From the NCBI GenBank assembly GCA_012295275.1, contig CM022673.1, positions 20,460,001 to 20,524,000 on the forward strand: a stretch of DNA of 64,000 bases. The letters run 5' to 3'. This stretch comes from Chrysomallon squamiferum (taxonomy: Eukaryota > Animalia > Mollusca). The translations under genes were made by a program, and so were the position numbers. Positions 38,235 through 50,158 of this stretch are shown here, one piece after another. The first letter of the stretch is position 1. Every line of letters begins with the position of its first letter. Below the pieces are notes generated by a model. That model was not told the DNA's origin. It searched no databases and saw nothing but the letters and a program-made list of their open reading frames with translations.

Positions 38235-39703
38235 AATACATGTTATTTTTTGTTTTTAAATAAACAAAGAAAACATTATTCTGAACTGTTTTAATTTTCA
38301 GATTACTGTGAAATTTTGTTTTATCCAGGCTAAACAGAATAATTAGTCTACCAATGAAGATCCAACTTTGAAATGATCTTGTTTGCATGAAAAATAATGA
38401 TGAAATGATGCAGCCAGGGCTTCAAATGTCTGGGTCTGGGTGGCATCTTCTGACAATACACTAAAACCAAAATAAAAATAATACAGATAACTTTATAAGA
38501 ATGATTTCATATTCATTACAAATAAAAATATTTTGAAAAATGTTTGTTAAACTTCAGTATTAATTAAGACTGAATGGAATAAATATATAAATAAATAAAT
38601 AAAAATAAAAAGTAAAGCACTGTTAAAGAGATGTATGATATACATTATTTTTATGCAATACAATAAAATGACAAATTAGCATTTTAATTTAGGATACATC
38701 ATTTATATTATTTGATAAAAATGTGATAATAAAGACACAATCAATTTTATAACATTTTGTCTTAAAAACATAAGATGAGAAATGATCATTAAAGCAGGAT
38801 TTTTTTGTTTGTTATTTATGTATTTATGCATTTATTTATTTTTGGTTTGAATGTTTGTAATGTTTTGTTTGTTGTTAAACCCCAATATTTTTGGAGGCTA
38901 TATTAGTATATAATAATATTCTTAATATATGCAGTGGTGTGCGGATGGGGAGTGGCCTTAGTGGCTGTGGCAATAGGCATTCAAAATATGGGGGAATCCA
39001 GTAAGAGAAAAGAACGTAATAAATTTTGTTCATTTAAATTTAAATCGAATACTGGAATAGTATTTATTTTATGTTTCATCTGTGTTTATATTTCAAAATA
39101 TCTTCCTTTCTCGTAATATTTCTCAGTACTAGGCCTTACATTTGAGCCTTTGGGGCATACAATCGAGAAGTTGGCCCGACATCACCAGACCTCTGCACAA
39201 GTTCGCCACTGAATATATTATATGTCACTTATGTGTGTGTGTGTGTGTGCTTAGCCACTAACGTAGTGTGATGCAAGGCAGTAATGTTTGCCGCTTAAAA
39301 ATGTTTTTATTGCACAAATATTTGTATGTGTTTTGGCTAAATGGACCCACTTCATACTGCATTGGCACGTTATTTTTAAATAAGAAATTTCTTTTCTTCA
39401 TTGATTGACCGCCAGTTTGTATCTACTACCATTTATTTCATTAAAGACGGTGCGTATCAATCATAAAATACCGGTCTATTGACTCCCAGAAAATTATTTG
39501 AAAAGTAAATATAATTTAAAATATTAGAGATACATCAATGATCAATCAAATAATTTCTAAAAGTTCCCTTAAAAATGAATTTAATATTTTTATCTCAATT
39601 TAAAAAAAAATTAATATATGTGTATATACTATACAACAATTACTTCATAAATGTGTAAAACGAACCTCAATAAAGAAGCAAGCTCTTTTAAGGAAAGCGC
39701 CAT
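33725..39703 (-). CDS. CNOT11: CCR4-NOT transcription complex subunit 11, 12 coding exons
   Basis: Exons (minus): 39703-39666, 38460-38352, 38000-37866, 37157-37041, 36735-36682, 36278-36163, 35570-35417, 35231-35025, 34785-34706, 34518-34449, 34197-34042, 33859-33725; all phases are consistent. Motifs: [119 protein letters not shown]. Confidence 0.96.
35645..35886. repeat. Long inverted repeat, arm in CNOT11 intron 6
   Basis: Reverse complement of 37203-37444, with about 8 mismatches in 242 bp and no gaps seen. Confidence 0.95.
37203..37444. repeat. Long inverted repeat, arm in CNOT11 intron 3
   Basis: Reverse complement of 35645-35886. Confidence 0.95.
38932..39211. mobile_element. Non-autonomous hAT-type MITE in CNOT11 intron 1
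   Basis: Ends CAGTGGTGTGC.. and ..CTCTGCACAAGTTCGCCACTG, flanked by a near-perfect 8-bp TSD (AATATATG / AATATATT). GC-rich termini in an AT-rich intron. Confidence 0.7.
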
Positions 39704-39936
39704 CTTGGTCTCTGATGTATTTATTTATTTCCGATGTTTTTAATAGTTTATATTTTCAAAATTATTAAAATATACTTTATCCACTTACAAATTCATGTAT
39801 AGATAAAATAATTTTAAATAATTCGAACTAATTATAAAATAATATTGCTGTTTTGATTTGTTTAGTCATGTGATCAGGATCGAGAGTTGGATACTTGTAC
39901 TAGCAGTAGCAGAAATCATTAGTGTCAAGTGTCATC
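39704..39936. promoter_or_regulatory. Bidirectional promoter between CNOT11 and RIC3
   Basis: Only 233 bp separate the divergent start codons. An E-box GTCATGTGAT lies at ~39865-39874, and a YY1-type CAAGATGGCG overlaps the CNOT11 ATG. Confidence 0.75.
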
Positions 39937-40458
39937 ATGTCGGTTAAAACTTTTGCAGTATTTGCAATTGTCGTTGGATGTTTTGCAGTTCTGTATCCAA
40001 AATTTCTAAATCCAATGTTCAGTCGCCTTTTAGGATATCATGAACCAAAACAAGAAATAAAACAACGTAGGTAACAGTGTATATTTGCATGGCGGGGTAT
40101 CTCTGTTAGGGTTGTTTCCCTTACCTATGGACTATGGTCGTCTTATGTTAACGTTGATACAAATTATAATATTAATGAAATGTAATCTGTCCTACTTTTG
40201 TTTCCATTTGTGGCTAGAAGAAAATCGGTCATAAATCAGTTTTTTAAATTTCCTTTGATTGATAAAGAGAATAAAATTATCAAGTAACTGCCCTAAACTA
40301 TATTAACTTAGAAAATAATAAAAAGTACTAGTACTACCTTGGCAATTCACGTTTCACGCCATTCGCTTGTTGACAAATTACTTTTCGACTGATAAATGTT
40401 TGATAATTATCTGTTTACATTAGACTGATTAGTCCAAACAAATTATTTCTCATAATGG

Positions 40459-40548
<90 letters not shown>

Positions 40549-43438
40549 TGTTTGTGTTTTGTTTGTATCTTTGTTGCAAATCATACAAAGAACTATTTAC
40601 TATTTACCATTTATTCATTTTTTATTAAATTTTATTTGTGTATTTGTTAACCGCTCTCTCTCTCTCTGACTTCCAGTGTTTTTCTCAGAAATATATATGA
40701 AATTATAAACGGTTGTTAAAAAAAAAAAAAAAAATTAACAACTGCATATTAACAGTCCAGTTTTTATTTTTTGATACTTTCAGCTCAGTATCCACCTGGA
40801 TACCATAAAGCAATGGCAGGTAATCCAGAAGCAGGCAGGCCAAACATACCTGATGATATGAGACAACATATGAGAGTATGTCGCTTCAAAATAAAAATTT
40901 ACAAACAATTTAATATGTAGATAATCATGTCATAAGCATGATACCTATTTTAATAATTTGAGCTTCATAGTTATTTATAAGTTGTTTTGAACTGATTTAG
41001 TGATAATGATGGAGATCTTGATGATTTCTTTTTGAAACAGGCAGGACCACATCCTGGGTTAAGAGCTGCAGCAGACATGGGTCGTCATCAGACTCAACAT
41101 GGAAGTGGAAGAGGAATGATGGGAATTGTTCTTCCTATGTATGCAGTGGGGATTGTACTGTATTTAATATACACTCTTGTCAAGGTATTGTTTTAATGCA
41201 TTTCAACAGTAACAGTAACTGAAAACAAAAACATATTATTTTTGATGTTGTTAATAATAATCTGTAAACTTTTAAAATGGTTTTTAATATGAACATTTTT
41301 ATTTTTCAATTTTATTTGTTTGCATTTATTGTTCTGAGCTTTTTCTGAAATACAAATTATATTACAATTTATTGCACTGTTCAGATAATACATTTTTTGA
41401 TAGAGGTATACAGCAAAACAACTACAAGAATTATATTTAAATAACAGTAATGATAAGGAATACACTTTAATAGTTTATTAAGATAGAGCAGTGATATTCC
41501 TATAAATGTCTGGTATTTCTCTATTGTATTAAAGGTTTTGGTTTGGACAGAAATCTAAAATTTTATTTCTTTGCAGGTTTTCAATAAAAAAGACCAGAGT
41601 CCGGATAGAGGTCATTATGGCTACAGATCCAGAGTTTCTGAAAATATTTATGACAATAGGGAGGGTAAGTTCACATTTGGGGATGACTTTTCCAATCCTG
41701 AAAGTGTCCGTGGATTTATGCAGAGTAAACAGAAACACCAAGAACTGGAAGATCTATTGGTGCGATCTGATGATCAGAATATAAGTAAGATTAATCATAC
41801 GAATACTGTTTGTTTATTAAATTGTAAGATATCAGTTGCCATTCATGCTTCTTTATTTTTAGAACTGTTTTTGTTTTTATTGTTTTGAACCATGATTTGG
41901 ATGTTTCTATACCTGATCATATTACATTGTGGAATAACAAAAATTTATAACATTAGCTATAATTATAGTTTGTCTGTAAAAGTTTTACTTTGATCTCTGT
42001 TTGTAATTATATTGAAAAATAATTTGACTAAGTTTTGTTAATAGTATCAACATAGCCAGTTGTTTATCAAAACCAAAGCATATTATTATTAAATACCAGA
42101 CATGGTACTCATATCCTGTTTCTTTGTAAAATTATTAATTATAATACTAAGAGTCCTATAAAAATACAATTTTGGAATTTAGAAAATATTAAAAAAGTGT
42201 AAAAATAAAAACTCCATTCCAGTGTATTTGTTAGAAATTTGTTGTCTCTTTTAACAGCTGCTAATGAAATGAGAGAACTTCAACGACGTTTGGAGGAAAC
42301 TGAAGCCCAGATGTCAAAGATTTTGTTAGCCATGAAAAATGTTAGTACAAAAGTTGATGAAGTTGTCTCTGATCAAACTACTGATGAAACTGTACCAACA
42401 GAAACTAACAAAACTGAAGAAAGTGCTGATAATAAAGATGTTGTAAGTATAAGTATATACAGAATCTGGTCAAGGTCTGAGGAATCATTTTTATGCTGTA
42501 TATAGTAACAGTTTGCTTTGTAGCAAGACACTATCAGACTAATTGGTTAACTTCAGTTTGCTTTCTATTTTTTTGATTACTTTTGTTTTTGTTTTTTTTA
42601 AACTAATTGAACTACTTTGACAGAATTTATTTAATTGCATTTATATGCATCTCCAACTTGATATATTTATTTTTATTTATGTTTTTATTTTAACTTTTAA
42701 ATGTTATTTTTCAAAGAAAACATCGGATTCAAGCCCAGATATGGAAGGTTATGAAATTATCAAAAAATCTGAAAAAGGAAGCCCTATTGTGGAGAGTACC
42801 AGTGAAGATGGGATCACTTCTGAAACTACCAGTAAGACTGAAGAATCATCATGTCCAGAACATGAAACCAAGAATGAATCCAATGTAAACAACTGTCCAG
42901 AAACCATCCAGCCTGAAGAAACTCAAAAAAGCAATGAAAGCAATAAGAGATATGAAAAAGCTTCTGGTAATCAGTTTATTACTTTTTTACTGTTTGTTAT
43001 TTATTTGTTAATTTTTTATTTTAGTTTATATATTTATTTTTATTTTTTATTTTTTGAATCTAATAAAACTGTTATTCTAGTATTGTAATAAAAGGCAATT
43101 TTATGAAATATTAAAAAGGAGTAATATTAAAAATATTTGGGATCTGTCTTTTATTTTAATAAAATTATAACAAATATTTCTTTGTATTACAGACAAACAT
43201 TCCTTTTTGTGATATTTAACTGTTTTCTAACTTGATAATAATTCTATATTTATAGAGTAGAATTGTAAACCAGTAAAACTGGTTTTAGAATATTACTATC
43301 TTTTCTGCTGTAGATGATGACAAATTTGTTGATGTTGAAGAAAAACAAGATGTTCTGATACAGGAGAAGGTTTCTGAAGATGAAGAAGCAGCAGGCAGTG
43401 TCAGGCACAGAAATCATCCAACTGTGTTACAGGAATAA
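39937..43438 (+). CDS. RIC3: RIC-3 nicotinic acetylcholine receptor chaperone, 7 coding exons
   Basis: Exons: 39937-40066, 40784-40875, 41041-41184, 41577-41784, 42258-42442, 42717-42966, 43314-43438. N-terminal hydrophobic segment AIVVGCFAVLYPK, Pro/Gly linker GPHPG, TM GRGMMGIVLPMYAVGIVLYLIYTLVK, coiled coil EMRELQRRLEETEAQMSKIL, and an acidic tail ending VRHRN. Confidence 0.9.
40463..40545. repeat. (CT)n microsatellite in RIC3 intron 1
   Basis: Pure CT run. Confidence 0.97.
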
Positions 43439-43876
43439 AATCTCTCACAACATTTTTGGTGATTCAAATTTCCCTTGGAATTTCTGATTTCATAAAGACA
43501 GCTTAATGTGTAAATACAACAGAAGTGGCACAAAATGTACAATTTGTATGTTATGAATTATCTGTTAATTAATAATGAATGTAAAAAATAAAAACTTACT
43601 TAAGATTGTTGTCACAGTCTATAGCAGTTCAGAATTAACAGCATTAACATTGGTCTACAGTGTTTGGTATTTTGGTATGAAATAATTATTTTCCATTAAC
43701 CCAATAAGCATTAATCTGTTTTGTATTTTGTTTTAATATAAAATGTCAGTGTAAAAATAGCTATAGTCATCAATAGGGTTCACTGTTCTTCCTAATTCAT
43801 TGTATAATGTTTAGATAAGTACTTTGTAATTGTGTTAATTTATTTATATATATATATATATATATGTATATACATA

Positions 43877-43914
<38 letters not shown>

Positions 43915-46900
43915 TATAGCATAGTATAGTTTAGATTTTAAAATTTATTTTTTCTTATTTTGCATTGTATATATAATTATTATCATTATTATTATTATTT
44001 TACCGTATTTATATAGCATCTTTTCTATACTAAGAAAGTTCAAGGGTACTTTACTAAGTAAACTAATTAAACACGAAGTAAAAAGACATGAACATAAACA
44101 TATTAAAATAAATGTAAACATAATGTTAAAATGGTGATAAAAATAAATGTGTCACATTTAAAAATTATATAAATAATTAATAGACTAGCTTGAACATTTT
44201 AAAACTATATATTAACAAGGTGGATCTGAAACAAATCGATCTTTAGAACTGCTTTTGAATTTTTTTAATTTTCTTTATTGACTGTACTTCAGTTAGCCAA
44301 GTTCAAATCACATTGTGAATTCACTTTTGTCTTGATCTCATTAAAATGCCATGTGCAGAGCACAAATATTTAACAATTTATGTCGTTTCCCAGAAACTAT
44401 TTCAGATTTTGAAAGAAATCTTAAAATGATTTTAAAATAAAATACTTGTTTAGAGTGCAGATATTCTGACTGAAATAGTTGAAATATATATATATATAAA
44501 AAATATATATATGTTCATTGTTTGTGATATTATGAATCTCATTCTGTGCAATACTTGTGATAAATGTTTATATTTGTTTTAGTATTATATTTTATTTTAT
44601 GATTCTGTTTTTATTTAATTTTACTAATCAGTATTTTAGTTTCAAACTGTGATGTTGTTATTTTCCTATTTTGCTCAGTTTACAGTTACTTATTTAAACA
44701 AACACATTAATCCTTTGTTTATATCTTAAATACTTTTGCTCATGTCTCATACGTATGTGCCAAATAAAGACTGCTTAATAATTGAATTAAAAATGACATA
44801 AGGATTTTTTAAATGAAAATTAAGTGAATTATATTATAAAATATATTTATTTGGACCATTCTTTTTCTGAAGTATTAAATTTCAGACTGATACAAAATTC
44901 TGATCAGATTTCCAGGTTTTAAGTCTTCAGTAATCACCTCTGATTTAATGATTCCAGTGTGTAGGAATATCATTCATTTGTATGTAATCCCCAACAAATC
45001 GTATTGTATTACTTATTTACTACACCTTCTGAAAATAGTTCAATTTCATTTTAACACCTGCAATTTCACACTAATGTATCCTGTTTTAAATGTGATCTAG
45101 CATTGTTAAATCCATGATAACTTGAAATCAGGGTTAGTTTTCATTTATATTTTTTTATCTAAAGCAAATAAAATTCTTTTGTAGTATTTTAAATTATTAA
45201 ATTTAAGTGCTTCCCAAAATTGTTTTTAGATACTGAATTTATTTTGTTCACATTAATTTTGTATTTGACTAAGACAGACATATGCATGCATTGAAAATGT
45301 ATACTGTTTACATTTTTAGCACAAATTATGGTGGATTATAGTCTTAACATAATGTCATATTTTGAACAAAAGCTAATTAAATAGTGGTAAAGAGAAGATA
45401 ACCATTTTATTAGATAAATATAATTGTGACAATAAAAATATTAATCTCACTGAATATGTATGTCATTATTTTGTTTAGAAAGATAGTTGATGGGGAAAGA
45501 AAACAATAAATACAGAAAACAACTAATTAATGAATAGTAAAATGAAAAAAACCCTCCCAAAAACCAACTAAATAATTTTTAAAATATTCAGGTAGAAATA
45601 GTATATTAGTGATTAAGACTTGACCTTATTTGTGATCTTTAAAACATTAAATATATATGTTTTTCTCATTACATAATACATTCTTTTGAATAACTATTTA
45701 ATTGCTTTATATTTTTTTTTGTTAGATGTGTGTGTGTGTTTGTGTGTGTGTTTGTGTGTGTGTTTGTGTTTATGTGTGTTTGTTTGTCTTTTAATACAAA
45801 GATAATTGGTTTTGTACCAGTAATTTGCTGTTCAGTTTAACATGTACATATTTCATAGATTAATGTTGAGCATATGATGTCCATTAACTCTGTTGAAGGT
45901 CAGTGCAAATGATAAATGGATTGCCTATGGTAGAAATATTTTATTATAATGTGTTTATCTGCTTGGATGAAAATATAAACCAAGGGTTGAAAGTACTGAG
46001 GTTATTTATATATAATACCTTTAAAAATTATATGTGTTAAATATCCAATGAACCAAGCCAAGCAATATTCTTTTGTGTCATACATAGTTAGTAATGTGAT
46101 TATATTGTCCTGGACTTTTGCTCTGTCCATAACAGTATGTTCTTTATTTTTCATCATATTAGTGTTCATTACTATATAATATCCTTGTACTGATCTAGAT
46201 ATACATAGATGATGTGATTATCCAGATATACAGATTTTTCTATCTTCTACACTCAATAATTTGATTGTATTAATAATTAATATGAAGTAAATAATGAAAT
46301 TTTCTTGCTTTTTAACATGTACAGTTACAAAAAATCACAATTCTCCATTACATACCATATGATTGTCATGTTCATTAAATTTTGAGAAAATAATAAATCT
46401 AATGTGAAACCGGTAGAGTGAATATTTCAAGAGCTATATGCACCTGCGATGTGCTCATCAATAACATGTCAATGCAGTGGATTAAGTAGAAGAATCATTA
46501 GAATTAAGGAAGTGCCTTTAACATTTAATATAATTTACATTCAGTTTATATATTTTAAAATGTTTTTTTTTTTTTTTTTTTTTAATTTTATTGTTTATTC
46601 AGAACGTGCATCTTTATTTATTGATATTATGAATATATTTGTTTTATACCTATAGTTTGGGGGCTGAGTTTGTTCTTCATAACTTTGTGTCTTTATTTTG
46701 TTTATTATATTTTCTTTAGTTGGTTAGTTTTTTTTTTTTTTTTTTTATGAACCAATCTGGTTTATTTGAAAAGAAAAAGTCATGTGCAATCATGAAAAAG
46801 AAAATGTCATTCTAAATGCTTATTCTCAACTGATAATTTTATCATTCATTGTGTTTATCAAAGGTTATAACAACAGAACAATCACATACATATAAAATTT

Positions 46901-49900
46901 ATTTACATTATTTGTTCATATTTGATGTGACGTGAAGTCATCAGGCTATTTTCTATCTTCTTTTCTGTATATAAACATTTTTTTTTTTTTAAATTTATTG
47001 TATTGTATTTTAAAATATTTATCTTTGTTTTCATTATACTTTGAGATGAATATAGAAACAAACCACAAATACAGTGTATGTTTAAAATTTCCTAATATAC
47101 TTCTAGGTTTTTTTGTTTTTATATACATTACATTGTTACAAACATTTCTTCATCCTGTAATATAAAAAGTTGAATACTATCCATGTTTTGGTTTTCATTG
47201 TTAACTGTCCAGTGTCACTGTTAATTACTGACATGTTTAAATTGTGGCCTAAAAGCTAGATGTTCTTTAATAAATGTTTTATTTCTACCTGTGATAATAT
47301 TTATGATTAATGCAGTGGATTCAAAATCAAAACAAATTAAATACCATTGTTAAATATCCAAAATACTGAAAACAGTTTTAAAATGTAAAACTCTCTTGTC
47401 TCATTTGATATTTAGTGTCATCTAGTGACAAAATTTTAAAATGTGTGATTCTTTAATCAATCTCTTTCACCAAAACTGAGTTTATTTTAAAATCAGATGA
47501 TAGACAAATATGTATATATGTTTAAGTGGGGTCTTATCAAAAATTAACCCATAAGCCCTTAATGGGTGAGTTACTATTTTCACCAAACCATATTTGAATG
47601 CATTCTGAAAGCAAATTCTTCTATGTAATATGTTACCACTTTGGTTATAATAATAAATATAATCCAGCAAAACTCAGACATATCTTGTTAATGTTTAAAT
47701 GTGCTACCATGAAAAAATCCACTGGGCAGTTACTGGTTGTATGATAGGTAATTTTAGAGCTGTAATGCAGTTTATCAGATGTGTACAATTCCATACAGAC
47801 ATGTATTTACTATCTATTTTAATTTTCTACAGTTTGATCATGACTTTATGTTGAAAGTTAGTTTAATAAAAAATAAAAAATAAAGGTATTAGATATTGTG
47901 ATTATTTGTCTGTTCATATTCGTGTTTAGTTATGCATTTCTGGGTACCATTTTACAGGTATTTATGTAATGTTTTTGTCTTTTTAAATAAACTTTATTAT
48001 GATGTATAAATATATATAAACAAGTTTGTTGTATTTCTTATCAGAATATTTTTTATTGAAACAAGTGTTTTTAATTTTTATTTTATAATTAACTGGGCAT
48101 CAGCTGTAAAAAAGATAAAGAAACTAAATATATTGGTTTTAACAGAAGATAAATATGATTCACACCTACAGATATAAGCATGCACATGTGAGTTAATAAA
48201 GAAGTTTGCATTGTAAGAATTTGATATAAGCATTTACTAATTACTTAAAATATGAATTTTGTTCCTCTCTTTGGAGCTTTAAATCAATGAGTGATAAATG
48301 TTATTCATTTTACTTCAAAAAATATTTTCATCAAAGATTATTGAAGAATAATAACAAAATGATAGTAAATATTTTCATAGCCTTAACTGCTCAGTAAAAT
48401 ACAAAATCTGATACTGATAAATATGCCTTTATTCAACAAATGCATTTTCTTGACTTGAGAACACATTAATTAAAGTTACTAAGTGGTGGTTCATTATGCC
48501 AAGAAAATACCCATTGAATTACCACAAATATATTTTTACAAATTTTGTTTGAAAATAATACAGTTCTCTGGTCATGTTTGTTGAATGTACAGCTTCTAAT
48601 TAACCAAATAATTACAACAAAAGTCCTTCCATGTAAAGACTGAGTACATCATAATGTTTTTCACATATGGATAAAAAATATCAGAAATTACAGCTAAAAG
48701 ATTGAACATAGTCAACCATCAAAACAAAACTGCAGAATCTTCCCAATATATTACCACTAACAATATTGACAATTATCTTTTTTCAAAAAAAAAATTCGGA
48801 GGGGGGGGGTGATCAAACATCAGCTTTATTTAAAATAATCACTTTTTTTCTTTTGGATAATTCATAGGTTAAATGCTGTCCCTTTTAAAACCCTTTTGTA
48901 ATTTGTTACATTTATTCAAAAACCAAATTCTGTCTCAGCTTTCAGTTAATGTATTTTTGTAGAATTCTGAATTTCTTGGTGTTGGGAACTGCTCTTAAAT
49001 CAAACACAAACTTTATATATGAAAAGCAAAACAGTAAGTTTCTCTCTTAAACTGCTTATCCATTTTTGAAAAGCAAAACAAAAACCAAACAAAAAGTTTT
49101 ATGCATACTTTGCATTAATAAATATTTTAATATCCACAAAGGTTAATAATTTTCAAAGTTGTTTTAGTAACAGTCTGTAAATATAATTAAAAAAAAAAGA
49201 AAAAAGAAATAATAATAATTATATGTAAACTTTGGATTAGATTAAAAATGAAACCAAATTACAAAACGTAGACGTAGGTAGATTTTACTGTCAAAGAAAA
49301 GAAATTTATGTTTTGTTGTCTTTTTAAAACATATACACTAACTGAAAGTGTTTCAACAAAAATGTAACAAATGAGATCTGTAACTTCAATATTCAACATA
49401 CAAAAGCTTTAGAACATTTTTAGAAACATGATCAGTTTGACGCAACTCTTTTTCTAATAAATGGGATGAATGACTTTTTATGTACACTAGTAACAAAACA
49501 AAATTGAAAGTACTATGAATGATTTTTTTTGCTGGAAAATTCATTTATTTTTAATTTTTTCACTAAAAATTAATAGGTTCACATTCTTAAAAACAGAACT
49601 ATAACAATATTGAGTTGTTCTGAAATGTTAATCTAGAATGTTGTTACATTTGTTTTTTGTTTTTTTTGGTTTTTTTTGGACAATAATTCAGCATGTTCAG
49701 TACTATTTAATAAACAGAAAACAAAAAAGTATTCCTGTTTTAACAGCATGACCTTTCAATAAAATCTAGCTGATAAATATGACAGTGAAAAGAATTTGTG
49801 GTAATATTTCAAATTTAAAACATCACTTGGTTTTTACTCAAAATTTCATAGTTTTTATCTGATTTTTATAAAACATATAGACTTTGTTAATTTATGTAAT

Positions 49901-50158
49901 AAATATTAAATGCATATAACAAATAATCCAGCAAACAATTAATATGTATGTGGCTCCAATGCATCTTGAGAATTTTTTTTTTTTTTTTTTTATAAATTAT
50001 AATCCATTTGTCAGGACTTTTTTTTGTTTTTGACTGGTGATAGGCTATTTAAAAAAAAACTATCCACTGTAAACCGTAACCATCCATTATTATTTGTTTA
50101 TACCAACAGTATCATATCAAATGGTCCTTAACAAAAGTTACTGTTTTTATAAAAGATT

